Shown here one piece after another: positions 20,204 through 32,892 of a stretch of DNA of 41,830 nt. The position numbers were made by a program, and so were the translations under genes. The stretch spans positions 1-41,830 of the forward strand of contig CDRNVI010000212.1 of the NCBI GenBank assembly GCA_977017575.1, read 5' to 3'. Every line of letters starts with the position of its first letter. The stretch's first letter is position 1. A model generated the notes under the pieces. It was given only the letters and a program-made list of their open reading frames with translations, did not search any database and was not told where the DNA came from. Source of the stretch: Paramoeba atlantica (lineage: Eukaryota; Protista; Discosea).

Positions 20204-23200
20204 ATGGAGAGGATTTTCGGAAAAGAAATTTTATTCCTCTTCTTCTTTTCTTTTCCTTTCATTTCGACAATTAAAATGGATGGTGAATGCCCCATTGTTC
20301 CTCTTTTTCCTTCCACGAGCCCCCATGTTTCTCTTGACTACACTTTTTTTTCTTCACTCTTCCTCTTCTCATTCTCTTTTCTCTTCCTCTTCTCATTCTC
20401 TTTTCTCTTTCTCTTTTCTCTCTCTTCTTTTAGAATCCTTTAAAATTAAGTGGAAAGGAAGTCAGCGCTTCCTTTCAAAGTGAACCCCCTTTCTCTTTAC
20501 TTTCTGTGTCTCGAAAGAACAAAAAGATCATTGATTTGGATGGTCTTTCTCTTCTTTCACTCTGGTCTGTTGATCTTGTTGTTGAAGGTTTCTTTCTCTT
20601 GTTGTTTCTTTTCTCTTCCTCTTTTTCTTTTCTTTCTCTTTTGATCTTCTTTTTCTCTCTTTTCCTGACTTTTCTCTTCCTTCAAAAAAGGACAAGAAGG
20701 AACAATTTCAATTTCAGCGACCACCCCAACAGAAAGATTTGGTTTGTTTCTCTTTGAAAGAAAAAAAAAAAAGGAGAGTTTTTTTTTTCTAACATCCTCT
20801 CTCTTTCTCCCTCTCTTTTCTTTTCTAGCATACTCACAATGCGCAAATAATCTCAATTTTTTTTGGTTTGGAATGGAAGTTTTGAATTCGTCTGTGACCG
20901 TTATTTTGACCATTTCTGTTGATCAGAATGGTTCTCATTTTTTCTTTTTTTTTAATTTTCTTTTTCCTTCTTTTTTATATTTTCATTTGTGTTGAACAAG
21001 CAACATCAGTTTAAGCAATTGATTCAACAGATCTCTTTACCCATTCATTGTCCCTCTCTCCTTCTTCTTCAAATATTGGAATTTGGAGTTTTGAGTTTCA
21101 AATCAAGAGTCCCACAACTCACCTTCATACTCTCATTCAAAATTCAGGTTCTCTTTATCTTTTCTTTCTTTCTTTTTTTGATTTTCTCTCTCTTTCCTAT
21201 GAATATTTTTTCTTTTAATGAACGAAAAAAGGATTTGGAGTTTTACATTCTTGTTCTTCATCTTCAACTTGTCATCACGGATTTGCAGAAGATTATCCAC
21301 AAAGTACATTTCAATTTCTCGCAAGTTATATCGAAAATGAACCTGATTCTGGTTCCCTTTTTTTTTCTTTCTCTCTTCTTTATTTCTTTCTTTCTAACCT
21401 CTCTCCCCTCAAGGATTTTATTTTGGAACACACGACCCAAATGCATATTCAAAAACATTTCAATTTCAGGGAATAAAAGAGAAAAATGGGGGTGTTATGT
21501 CTGTCTCTGGTCAACCTCCGAATGCTGGCCTTTCATTCTCAAGTTTTGATACAAGTTTTGATGTAACTTTTTTTCCTTTTTTTTCCTTCTCTTTTTCTCA
21601 TTTCCTAATCTCTTTCTTCCTTTGTCCATAAGGCTGTGTGGACCGTATTTGATGGTGATTGGTGGGACGCTTCTATGATTTATCGAGATTGGGCTCTCAC
21701 TGAAGCTACCTGGGTTTCTCAGGTTGATTTTTTTTTGATGTTGTAATATAGATTATTTTGTCAATCTCCTCCTCCCTCCATATTTCTCATACTCCCACAG
21801 GGATTGATCAAAGATCGAGCAGATCTTCCTCAATGGGCAAGAGATCTTACTGTTTGGGTGAATAGTCATTGGCAACAAGTTGATATTTTTAATACAACTG
21901 GTGGAGATGCTCAAGTTTGTATCCTGATTTATTATTTTTTTTTTCATTTTATTCAAATTTGAATGTATTTTTGCTTGATATTTTTAAATTCCTTTTAATT
22001 CAGGTTCTTTACAATCGAATGGCTAATATTGTACAACGATTTGGAAATCCTCCAGAAGGAGTCGGCCTTCATTGGTATGAATGGGACACACTTGGTTATG
22101 CTCAAGGTTTTTTCAATAATAATTCAAAGATACAAAGAAATTAAATTCTTCAAAAAAATTGATGAAAAATTAAACTACAAAATAAAAAAGGGTCCAATTA
22201 CACGAAATGTGATGCCTATGAATATTTCCCAGACCAATTTACATGTGGATTTGACACACATTATCCTGAATATGATATTGTCAGAGATGGTTTTGGGGGT
22301 GGTGTTATGAATTTGCAGGAATTGGGAGTACGCATTGTCCCTTATATGAATGCAAGGTTGACTCCCACTTTCTTTGTGTTTTTATCTCTATTTTATTCTT
22401 CTTTTTATCAATCCCTCTTTTTTTTTCTCTTCACAACACACAAAAAACACAGAATCTTCGATACATCAACAACAACATGGAGAGAAGAAGACGGAGCAAG
22501 CATTGCCTCAAAATCATCCAACCCAACTTTCAATCCCTCCCCGTCATTCTATTCAACATATAATGAATCATATGGCTCTCATGCCAATTTTGCTGTTAGT
22601 TGTCCTGCTACAAGTTATTGGCAAAATAAGATCTCATCTGCTGTTGGAGATGTTGTCAAGTTCTCTTCTTTCTTTCTTTTCTCTTCTCTTTTTTTTCTTT
22701 GACTTTCCCCTGATCTTTTTTCTGACCCTTTTTCTGACCCTTTTTCTTCTCTTCTTCCTTATCTGAAGATATGGGGTTGATGGAATTTATCTTGATCAGA
22801 TTGCTGCAGCTGGTCCTCGCAATTGTTTTGATTCTTCACATGGTCATGAAATTGGAGGTTTTTACTTTCTTTTTTATTCTCTGTTTTTTGTTGGTTGATT
22901 TTTCCTTTTTCCCTCGTTCTGAAAGGTGGGGATTATTGGGTTAGTGGATATCGCTCTCTCCTACAACAAACCCGAAGCTCTTTAACAGACTCTCGCATTC
23001 TCCTCACAGAAAGTAATGCGGAACCTTTTATGGATGGAATCAATGTTTACTTGACATTGGTTGGTTTTTCAGGGAATTTTGAAGGTGTTGATCGAATTGC
23101 TCCAATATTTCCTGCTGTTTACGGAGGATATTATATTTCGATGGGGGCAGAATTTTTTAAAGAAGATTTAACAAACAATCCTGATGTATTTTCAGCAAAA

Positions 23201-23991
23201 ATCGCAGAACAATTTGGTTTCGGTGCGCAATTGGGATGGTTTTCTTTAGGAGGAAGAAATAACCAAAACCCATACATGGGTCTCTATGAAACACTCTTGG
23301 ATGATGAGTATAATTCTGAGATTGATTATTTAATGTTGTTGATGGATGGAAAGAGGAAACTGGGCGGATGGTTGCAGGATGGGAGGGCAATGCGGGATAT
23401 TGATGTTGTCACGAATTTGACTGAAGGGGAAAGGGTTGTCGTTGCTGAGTATAGTGGGAGGGATTTGGATGTTAAGTTGGGAAGGGATTATTTGGTTGGT
23501 GCTGATCAATTGGTTTGTCTTTTTTATTTTGTTTGTGTTTTTAATTTACTCTATTTTGGTTCTTTCTTCTCACGACCCTCTTTTCCAAAAAAGGTCTACA
23601 ACCCACTTAGCCAATCAACGTGGCAACTCCAAGATCTTTCCGATCTCCTCATTACATTCACAACTGTCGCTCGTTCTTTAACAATTTCTGTTGAATTTGA
23701 AATTGATGTTCAAAATTATGGCATGGTTCTTCGATCCCCTAATCAAACTTGTTCACTTACTCAGGTTCAAATCAACTAAAATATCTTGCCGTGTTTCTTT
23801 TTGGCTCAGATTTTTTCTCTTTTTTACTTTTATTCCTTTTTCATTTCTTTCCATTGATTGATTCATTTTTTCTTTAGATTTACCCACCTCCATCAGTGGC
23901 AATAAGTCAATCACCTTGCACAAATGTCCAATGGAAATCTATTCTCTCACCTCATTCTTTGGTTGGCCTCTCAGTTACAATGGATAATTAA
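20204..23991 (+). CDS. DUF6259-like putative glycoside hydrolase with probable signal peptide, multi-exon
   Basis: GDWWDASMIYRDWA, LHWYEW, FDTHYPEY, GVRIVPYMNAR, AVSCPATSYWQ, YGVDGIYLDQIAAAGPRNCFDSSHGHEIGGGDYW and LTESNAEPFMD. The start and the N-terminal exons are approximate. Confidence 0.7.
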
Positions 23992-24247
23992 TTAGATTCC
24001 TTGATTTATTCCATGATTCTTTTTTTTAAGAAATAAATTGGTTTATTTTTTTAAAATTATTGGATCCTCTCTTTCTTCATTATTTGAGAATCAGAATTTT
24101 GTGTGGTTTTCCTCTCAATTTTGGTGTTGAAGAACCGGTCATGCCCCCTATTTTCTCGTTTTATTCCACCCGAGTCCCAGCCACATTTTTTTCTCTTGTG
24201 AAATTCCACATTTTTAATAAAAAATCCCTCCCGTTCAGAAAATGTTT

Positions 24248-26314
24248 TCAACCAAAAACAGTGGCGCCAAAATCTGGGGTCAAAATAAAGATTGCATTGT
24301 TTAACACGTAAACTGAAATTCAATCAAGAAAGTGAGAAATCACACAAGAAAGATTCAAAAAAAAAAATTGAATGAAAACAGACCAAAATCCTCAATCGAC
24401 ACATAAGGAACTCGAGAAAAAGACAATAATCGAAATCCAGAAGGGACAATAACATCTTTTACAAAACTGTTCACTGCTGTTTCAAAGATATCATTTCCTC
24501 TGACTTGAATATATTCTTTTGGTTTTTGCTATTTAAAGAAATAAGAATATGAAAAAGAAAAAAAGAGAGAAAAGAAAGTGAAAAACAACAAGAAACAAGA
24601 GAAAAAATTTTTACCTGTCCAGAAGAGGACTCGACAAAAGGACAAAAGGGAAAAACAACAGCCAAGATACAAATCCCAATTTTTTCTTGTTCAAGAGAAG
24701 AAGAAGGAAGAGAAGAAGAATATCTTAAGAGAGCACGCCTGATCTGTTTCTCGTTTTGTCAAAAAGAAAGGAAGAAGAAAGAGAGTGAAAGAGAGGGAGA
24801 AAGAGACCTGATGTAACAGAGAGACAGGACGATCACAACGATCAAGAACATTTAAACAAGAAATAGTATCAAAAGTTTGATTTTTTAACCATTCATTTGA
24901 TTCTATATCTGGTGTCTATTTTTATTTTCAGATTAAATTCAAATTAATTATAAATTATTTAATTATAAAATTTTTTTGAATTTAATTTCTTGATTTAATC
25001 AGATTTCTATTCAATAAATTCATTTCATGAATTTTGTAAATGAGTGAATAAAATACCTCAAATGCTTTAATACCTCTCTTTTCTAGGGATTGCACCATTG
25101 AAGCTGATATCTATTCTTGAGTGAGAAAAAAAAAGAAAATATCCCTCAAAGAAGAAAGAGAAAAAAGAAAAGACCTCAGTGGCAACAATGTCAGAAAAGA
25201 GAGGAGCCATTTTTTCAGTCATATATCCTGATCCTGCACCTTTTAAAAGAAAATTTATTAAATGAAATAAATTAACAATTCAAGATTAATAATGATTTTC
25301 TTTTTCTCAAGAAAATGAAAAGAAAAAAGAAAAAGAAAATTACCTAAATCAAGCAAGCATTTCCTTTTTCCTTTTTCCACAACCTGATTCTTCTCGCCAT
25401 TCCCATTCTTCCCAACATTATCAACATTACTCACAGAATCAACATTGAGGTTACCATTAAGATTGGAATTGAGATTGAGATTGAGAGGGACAAGCTGAGA
25501 AGAGAGAGGGGGGAGAATGTCAGCTCCATGAGAGAGCTCAACAGAATGAGAGCGACTTTCTCCAAATTCTTCAATCATCTCCAAATGATCTGATGGCCAT
25601 TCATCCCATTCATCTTCTTCTTCCTTTTCCTTCTTCCCCTCCTTTTCTCCCTTCTTTTCTTTTCCTTTCAAGGACAAAGGTTTCGAGTTTTTGTCTTTCA
25701 GTGCTGTTTCCATTGCATGGTCCAAAAGAAGAGAGAGTTGAGAAGTTGAGAACACATGCATGGATCCTCTTCCCAGAAATCCTATCCAATTAGAATGTGA
25801 GAAAAAACAAGAAAGAGAAAGAGAAAGAAGAAAAGAAAAGAAAAGAAAAACCAAGAGCATCAGTGGGAGACATACAACAACCCATAAGAACTTTTAATAC
25901 ACTATTTTTTTTCATCAAATCTCTCTTCTCCCCCTTTCTCCCTTTCTTCTCTTCTCTTCTCTTCTCTTCTCTTCTCTTCTCTTCTCTTCGATCTCTTCTT
26001 CTCTTTCTCTTAAAAAATTGTTCAACCAAACCTCTGAGATGGAGAAGTTCGTGGGGTTTCAGAAAGAAAATGAATGAGATCAGAATCAACTCCTAATTGA
26101 ACAAAATGGTCTCGAATCTCTTCATCAAATTTTGGTTTTCTCACTCGAAAGTATTTCTCGTATCTGGAAAGAGAAAGAGAAAGAGGAAAAGAAAAAGAAA
26201 AAGGATAAGGGAAGGGGAAAAAGAAGTTTTAAAAAAAAATCAATCGAACGAAGTTGGTTGTTGATAAGAAGGCTGATTGAGGGACTCAATAGCAGCTTTG
26301 GTCCAATTCCTCAT
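24248..26314 (-). CDS. METTL9: METTL9/DREV-family protein-histidine methyltransferase, ~9 exons
   Basis: Spliced product contains GFLGRGSMHVFS, CLLDLGAGSGYMTEKMAPLFSDIVATE, FDTISCLNVLDRCDRP, ILAVVFPFCPFVE, FSRVPYVS and YVLNNAIFIL. Confidence 0.87.
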
Positions 26315-26613
26315 CTCCTTTTTCCTTTTCCCAAAGGTTCTTCTCTCTTTCTTTCTCTTTCTTCAAAATGACCAGTTTTCAACCAAATTTCGAAAATGTC
26401 AAAGTGACTCAAACCAAACTTTCGATGGTGCTAAAAAATGACCATAATTAAGTTGTGATTTTAACGCTAAATTTGATATGAAAGAACGTGAACTTGACGT
26501 CTCCCAAAAATCACTGAACAATCACAGAAAAACAATCACTTTCTTTGTTCTGATTGTTTTCGTGTTTCTTTCCACCAAAAAATTGTTTTCCTTTCCCTTT
26601 CTTTTCCAAATTC

Positions 26614-28088
26614 ATGGCGTCTGGACCTCCTCCTCCGCCTCCACAACCCAAATTTGAAGTGGCAAATGAAGGAAAAACTTTGAAAGCAGACCTCTCATCA
26701 GTTATGGAATCTCTCAAACCAACGGTAACAGAAGTTCGACATTTCACAAACGTTGTTGGTCGGGCTGTTGGTGAAGAAGAAGATTCAACTGATGTTGATG
26801 ATGATGATTGCCCACAATCTTCAAATCATGAATTGTTATGGAGGGCCCAGTGGATTTCCACAAGAAATACTTTTCAATGTTCTTCTTCTCTTTCTTCTTC
26901 TTCTTCAAAACAAGAAGATTTAAGAGTGGCCGTGTTATTGATTGACGGAAAGAAACAACAACATCCAAAGTTCGAAAGATTTGCATACATTTTGTGTGGA
27001 GAAAAATTTGCTGAATCTGAGACAGACACAAAAGTTCCCTTTTTTCTTCAACAAATTGATTGTGAAGATTTAACAACCAAATTAACAAGAGAGGTTTTTT
27101 TTCATTTCATTTCTTTTTTCTCTTTCTAAATTCTGATTTTTTTCAAACTTAGAACTTTGATGTTCTAGTAATCCCAGGAGGTTCCATTTTTGAAGTTCAA
27201 GAAAAGATTGATAAAGCTGGAGGAGCCAAGCACATCCTCCAATTTGTACGAGATGGTGGTGGATATTTTGGTGTTTGTGCTGGTTTGTTTCTTTCTTTTT
27301 GTTTGTTTCAGGAACACGTGTTCCTTCTTTATTTCTTGTTTTTTCCATCCCGAAAATGGAAGATGAAAAAAGTTCATTTATTTTATCATTTTTTTCAACA
27401 ATTTCTTTTGTTGTGTTTTTTCAAAACAGGAGGATTTCTTGCCACAAGAAGAGGCTATTCAAAATGTAAAGAAAAGTATGCCCTCATCAATTCCAATACA
27501 AGTTGGGTTCCTGGTGTTGGCTCAGCACGTGTCACTCTTTCATCCTCTCCTCTTGCTCTTTCTGTACTTGGCAAAAATCTTGCTGGAAAAGGTTTTTATT
27601 TTTATGATTCATTTTTTTTCTGATATTTTTCTTTTTGAGAATTTTCAACTTTTCATTTCTCCCCACAGATGTTTCTCTACATTTTGCAAATGGATCAACA
27701 ATGGGATCTGCGGTACGAAACCCAAAATACATTGAAAAGACTCAGCCAGGTAAGAAACGTTTTACATCACTCCAATTTTTTCCTTTTGGCTCAAACAGCA
27801 AATTAAGAACAAAAAGAAAAAAAACAATTCTAAAACAAAAATATTAATAATTAATTGACAGGAGAAATCACACCTCTTGCAACGTACACAGAAGTGAAGA
27901 CAAATAAGGATCATCAAAAATTTGATCTCGAAACTTCTTCATATCCATATGGTGGAGCTTGTGGTCATTATGGGAAAGGAAGAGTTGTGGGTTTTGGTCC
28001 TCACCCTGAGGCAAGTAATCGTTTTGGACATTTGATTGTTCGAAATTCAATTTTATGGTGCGGGAAGAGGGAAAAGGATTCTTATTAA
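26614..28088 (+). CDS. Stand-alone BPL_N-like (class I glutamine-amidotransferase fold) protein
   Basis: FDVLVIPGG, FVRDGGGYFGVCAGGFLA, LHFANGS and YGKGRVVGFGPHPE; 4 GT-AG introns; no biotin-ligase catalytic domain before the stop. Confidence 0.75.
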
Positions 28089-28225
28089 TAAAGTATTAAA
28101 TGATTTGTTTAAAAAATAATAGAATCTGTGTTGGAAATAAGACTCTCTAAAATTTACACAACAACAACAAAACAACCAACAACAAAACAACCAAGGAACA
28201 ACACCTTCCTTTCACACTTCACACT

Positions 28226-29185
28226 TCAAATTTCAACGTTTTCAAAAGATTTTTGATTTTGTTCAAGTTCTTCTTTTTCATCACCAATCGAAGGAATCTC
28301 TTTCATTTCCAAAACTACTTCTTCATCTAACTCAACTTGCGGAATCGGATTCCTCTCACAATTCTCGATCTCGTTCTCATTCTCAGGTGGATTGGTGGTA
28401 ACAAAAGCCCATGCAGCATCCCAAAGATCTCGGAGCGTATATTCTTCTTTTCCTGTAAACCGTTGCAGAGGATCAAGTTCTTCACCAGGAGGAGCTCTCC
28501 CTTCTCTTCTTATCTTCTGTTCTTCTCTCCATTGGTAGATTGGAGCCCAAATTGCGCAAACAAAGGAAGAGACAAAGAAAAGATTGACCCAGAGAATGGC
28601 GATTCCTTGATTGGAAAGCTCAAAAGAATAGTATTTGATCCGAAAGAGTTGATTGATGAATTGAAAGACGCAATTTAGGATCAGGATGATGACAATATTG
28701 AATCGATCACTCCAAGGAATATGATCAAAAATTAAGAGGCTTGGAAGACGATCATAATTGATTCCGACTGTCCCCTTGATTCTCATGAGACGAAGAAGGG
28801 TTCGAAACCGGCCTGGGAAGTTTGCAATTGCGGCGTATGTAAACAAAATGTTCAGTCCATGAATCGAAAGATTGAGCCATTTCTCTTTTTCACTTTGAGG
28901 ACGGAGAGGAACCGCCCCAATGAGCAAGAAAAAGAAAGCAGCACCAACAATTACAACCAATACCATCCAAACAATTCCGATGGGAGGAGCCAACATCCCT
29001 TGTGTGAAGGAAACAACGTTGTCCCAAAAGTTTCCTTCACAACAATCTCTTTTCTCTTCTGGATAAGTTTGTAAATTGAGGATCTCATCTTCTTTTCTTA
29101 AATCCTCCTGAATTTCTTCTTTTCTTACTTCTTGATTTTCTTTTCCTTGTTCTTCTTCTTCGAGTCTTTCATCTTTTTCTTCCAT
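28226..29185 (-). CDS. DUF2985-like multi-pass membrane protein (319 aa, intronless)
   Basis: IVWMVLVVIVGAAFFFLLIGA..KEKWLNLSIHGLNILFT..PGRFRTL..IILILNCVFQF, with four hydrophobic helices and acidic termini. Confidence 0.65.
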   Translation of the reverse strand: MEEKDERLEEEEQGKENQEVRKEEIQEDLRKEDEILNLQTYPEEKRDCCEGNFWDNVVSFTQGMLAPPIGIVWMVLVVIVGAAFFFLLIGAVPLRPQSEKEKWLNLSIHGLNILFTYAAIANFPGRFRTLLRLMRIKGTVGINYDRLPSLLIFDHIPWSDRFNIVIILILNCVFQFINQLFRIKYYSFELSNQGIAILWVNLFFVSSFVCAIWAPIYQWREEQKIRREGRAPPGEELDPLQRFTGKEEYTLRDLWDAAWAFVTTNPPENENEIENCERNPIPQVELDEEVVLEMKEIPSIGDEKEELEQNQKSFENVEI

Positions 29186-29491
29186 TGGGTTGTTAAAAAA
29201 AACTGTTTCACCAAAAAAAAACCCTCAAAAAAATTCTTTGGTTGAGTTTTTGGTGGCTCGAAAAAGTTGAAACAAAATTTGTCTTGATGAATTCCTTTGA
29301 GGAATTATTTGTTTCTAACAGAAGGAACCTCTGACACCACTTTTTCCCACAATCTGAACGGAATTTCCGTTCTTGTTTATTGGAGAATGAAATGTGAGAG
29401 AATGATTCACTTTTTTTTTCTCAATAAATAAAAGCATCAAAAGTCAGTCCCAATTTCATCTTTGCTTTGATCTTTGCTTGCAAGTGGACCT

Positions 29492-30088
29492 TTAAAATCG
29501 TTGGAAAAAGAGGACAGCAAATGAAATGATGAAAGAAGAGAGAGAAAATGTCAAAAAGGAAGCGCTTGCTCGACAACAACAATCTGTGGGATACAACACC
29601 TCGGCACAAAAGGGGCAGTTGTCGCAGAATGGTAATGCCGTTAAATCCATGAAATGATTACTAGTAATTTTTTTGAGGAATAAAAAATTAGAAAGAAAAT
29701 AAAAAAAAGAAGAAGAAGAAAAATATCTTCAAAAGGGACAGCAATCGAAAAAAAAACTTGAAAAGACTTGCAAAAAAGAAAGAAAACAAACAAACCAATA
29801 ACATTCACCAGCCATTGTACAATTGAAACGCTTCTTTCCAACAAGATACTCCAAACAATCACAAGGATTTGGTCCAATTTTCTCAGGACAGTCGGAAAGG
29901 AGTGCTCTTTCGACAACACATGCTTCGACCTGTGTTTTTTTTGTTTTTGTTTTTGTTTCTGTGAGAGAAGGGAAAAAAAAGAAAAGAGAAAAAAAAAAGA
30001 ATTTTCAAACTTCAAGAACAGGAGGGCATGGGTCTTGAGCAAAACAAATTTGAAACAAAGAGAAAAGAGAGAGAAGAACGAACAACAT
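29492..30088 (-). CDS. Small Cys-rich secreted, probably GPI-anchored protein (3 exons; not in the ORF track)
   Basis: Exons 30088-30011, 29929-29796 and 29660-29492 splice at GT-AG to MLFVLLSLFSLFQICFAQDPCPPVLEVEACVVERALLSDCPEKIGPNPCDCLEYLVGKKRFNCTMAGECYCNHFMDLTALPFCDNCPFCAEVLYPTDCCCRASASFLTFSLSSFIISFAVLFFQRF*. Confidence 0.72.
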
Positions 30089-30324
30089 CTTTTTCTCTTT
30101 CGCTTGAAAAAGAATAAACCAAAAAAAATAAACCTTTAAAAGGATAATACACATATTTGGAATTTATCTAAATTTGGTTTTTTTGTTTTTGTTTTTCTTG
30201 TTTTTATTTTTTTTGTTTGGATCGCTCCTCTTTTCTTGGATTTCTTCTTTGCTCAGAAAGGATCGACAACAAAATAGAAAGAGGAAAAATAAGACAAAAA
30301 GGGTTTTGGAATTTTTTCAAGAAA

Positions 30325-32068
30325 ATGGACATGGAGGAGGATTGTGTGATTTTCTTGGCGATAGATTCCCCTCAAAAAAATTGGCAGGTCTTCTTTCTCT
30401 TCTTTCCCCTTTCTTCTCTCTCTTTCAGGGATTTAATGGTCAAATTATTGAGGTTATCTTTGACGAGCTGTTGGGATTTTCTTCACCACCTTCTCCAATC
30501 GATAAAGGTGAAAAAAAGAAAGGGAAGAAGGAGAAAAAGGAAAAAAAGAAAGGGAAGAAAGAACGAAAGAAAGGATTTGAAGAAGAAGCAGAAAAAGAAG
30601 GAGAGAAATCAAAAAGAGTTCTGGTCACAAATGGAGATTGGAGTGATTTTCAAGTTGTGGCGACAAGTGGAAATCGCAGACCAATTGTATCACTTCGAAG
30701 TGGCGGAACAATTTGTCCTCATTTTGTGTTAGTTCGGAAGTTGGTTGATAAATTGGTTGACTCATATCGCAATGCTTTGTTTGGTCTTCTTCTTTCTCAG
30801 GTTTGAAAATACAATTTCTCAAATTTGTTTGAATTCTCTTTTTTTTTCATTATTAACGAACCCCCTCTTTTTCGAAAAATGAAAACAAAAACACATACAT
30901 TTTTTTCAGGTGCCATCAATCAATTCACTCCAAAGTGTATTTATGTGTTTAGAGAGACCAGTTCTTTATTCTGCTCTTTGGGGTCTGAGAGTTCAACATG
31001 GTCCCCAAGTATTTCCAACCATTCCTCTTGAGTATTTTTCTCATCCCTCTTCTCTTCGGGTTTGATTTTTTTTTTTTTGAATTCAACCCATTTTTAAATC
31101 TTGTTTACATTTCTTTTTTATTCGATTTTAAAAATTTAAAATTATATTTTAATACCTCTTTTTGCGATTTTTGAAATGAAAATATTGAACACATTTAACT
31201 CTTGAACAATATATGAAACAAGTTGAAAAAAGATAAAAAAAGTTTTTAACAGATCCCATCAACACAATTCCCACTTGTCGCAAAAGTTGGGAATGCTGAA
31301 GCGGGATATGGGAAACTTCTTTTCAAAGAAGAACGAAAGCAGGTTTTTTTCAATTTTTCAGAAAAAGAAGCGATATATATTTCACACAAAGTAATATCTT
31401 AAATTCAGGAGATCGAAATATATTTCAAGAATATTTTTAAAATAATTTAAAAATTAAACAATAGGAATATGACGATTTTGTGGGGTTAGTTTCAACACAT
31501 TCAGATTTTGTAACACTTGAAAAATTTATGGAAAAAAGAGATTTTGATCTCCGAATTCAAAGAATTGGTTCTCATATTCGTGCCTATAAACGAACTTCAA
31601 ATTGTGGTTCTTGGAAAACAAATGTTGGTTTGTGATTTTTTTTCTTTGTCTCCTCTTCTCTCTCCCTTCTTTGTTCCCTTCTTTCTTCTTCCTTCTCCTG
31701 TTTTTTTTTTTTCATTTTCTCTCCTCTTTAGGTTCATCATCTATTGAAGAAATCGAGGTAACAGAAGAGTATAAAACTTGGACCGATTTGGTTTCGAATC
31801 TTTTTGATGGAGGAATGAATATTTTTACTGTTGATGCCTTGCATTGTCAAGATGGCCAGCATTTCATTATTGAGGTTTGTTGGAATGAGAAGAGAGAAGA
31901 GAATTTTATAACACACCGAAACTATTTTTATTTGAAAGGTTTTAATAAAACAACCAAATACAGGTCAATGATTCAGCATCAGGACTCCTCCCAACAAACG
32001 AAAAAGAGGATATGCATCACATTGCACAACTCTGCATTGATCAAATGAAACAAATTGGTTTGCTTTAG
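30325..32068 (+). CDS. Synapsin-like ATP-grasp protein (domain C only), multi-exon
   Basis: FLAIDSPQKNW, PHFVLVR, VPSINSLQSV, FPLVAKVGNAEAGYGK, FDLRIQRIGSHIRAYKRTS..WKTNVGSS, and LFDGGMNIFTVDALHCQDGQHFIIEVNDS all track synapsin domain C. Confidence 0.85.
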
Positions 32069-32248
32069 ATTTAATTCTTAAAAAATAAGTTTTTCCAAAA
32101 TCAATGGTAAATAAAAGATCAACATAAAAGTTGTGGTATTGATTGGTTTCATTCAGCTTCATTGTTTTCCATCCTTCTTTTTTTTTTGAGAGGGTGTTGC
32201 CTTCCTTTCTTCACTTTTCTTTTTCTTTTTGTCAATAATTCTTTCTTT

Positions 32249-32700
32249 TCAAAGAGCACGTTTGATATTGAGATCACCTTCAACTTTGGATTGCATTTGA
32301 AAACGTTCATCATTTGCCATTGCGACTTGAATAATCGAACAACAACAACAAAAACAACCAATCAAACAATCTTCAATCAAGAAATTATAATAGCAACAAC
32401 AACAAAAAGGTTGACTCGAACAAGAATATTCCAAATCAGCACGCCCGTTTTCTCTCTATGTCTATCACACCCTTTACAGTGTAAAGACCATAATAACCGC
32501 AAAAAGAACTGAAATAATAACATCCTAAAAATTCAGAATCACTGAGACCACACGACAAGACCAAGGAGGATATCTTTCAAATTGTGATTCTGTTACTGGA
32601 TTTTCTGAAGAACTGTCTTCCAGATCATGTGAGTAATTCAGTCCTTGAACTTGCAAGCAAATTGGGCAGAGAAATCCCCACAAACATAAACTGGAAGATT
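32249..32700 (-). pseudogene. PLAC8-family paralogue A, exon 1 missing, frameshifted
   Basis: Exon 2 is homologous to copies B-G (LCLWGFLCPIC..ERYPPWSCR; IEDCLIGCFCCCCSIIQV..NIKRAL*), but the frame breaks after WSCR and no MEET..WPTG exon lies upstream. Confidence 0.7.
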
Positions 32701-32892
32701 CTATTTCAAAAAAAAAAGAATTACTTTTGAAATGAAAAGAAAATAAAAACCAAACCTCTTCAAATAATAACACAAAAACATAAAAAAAACCAAAATTTTT
32801 CCTTGACAACTTCAAAATACAAAATATAAATTAAACAGTTTAAAAAAATAATTTTGTGTTTAATTACACCAAAAATTGGAAACGATTCAGAT

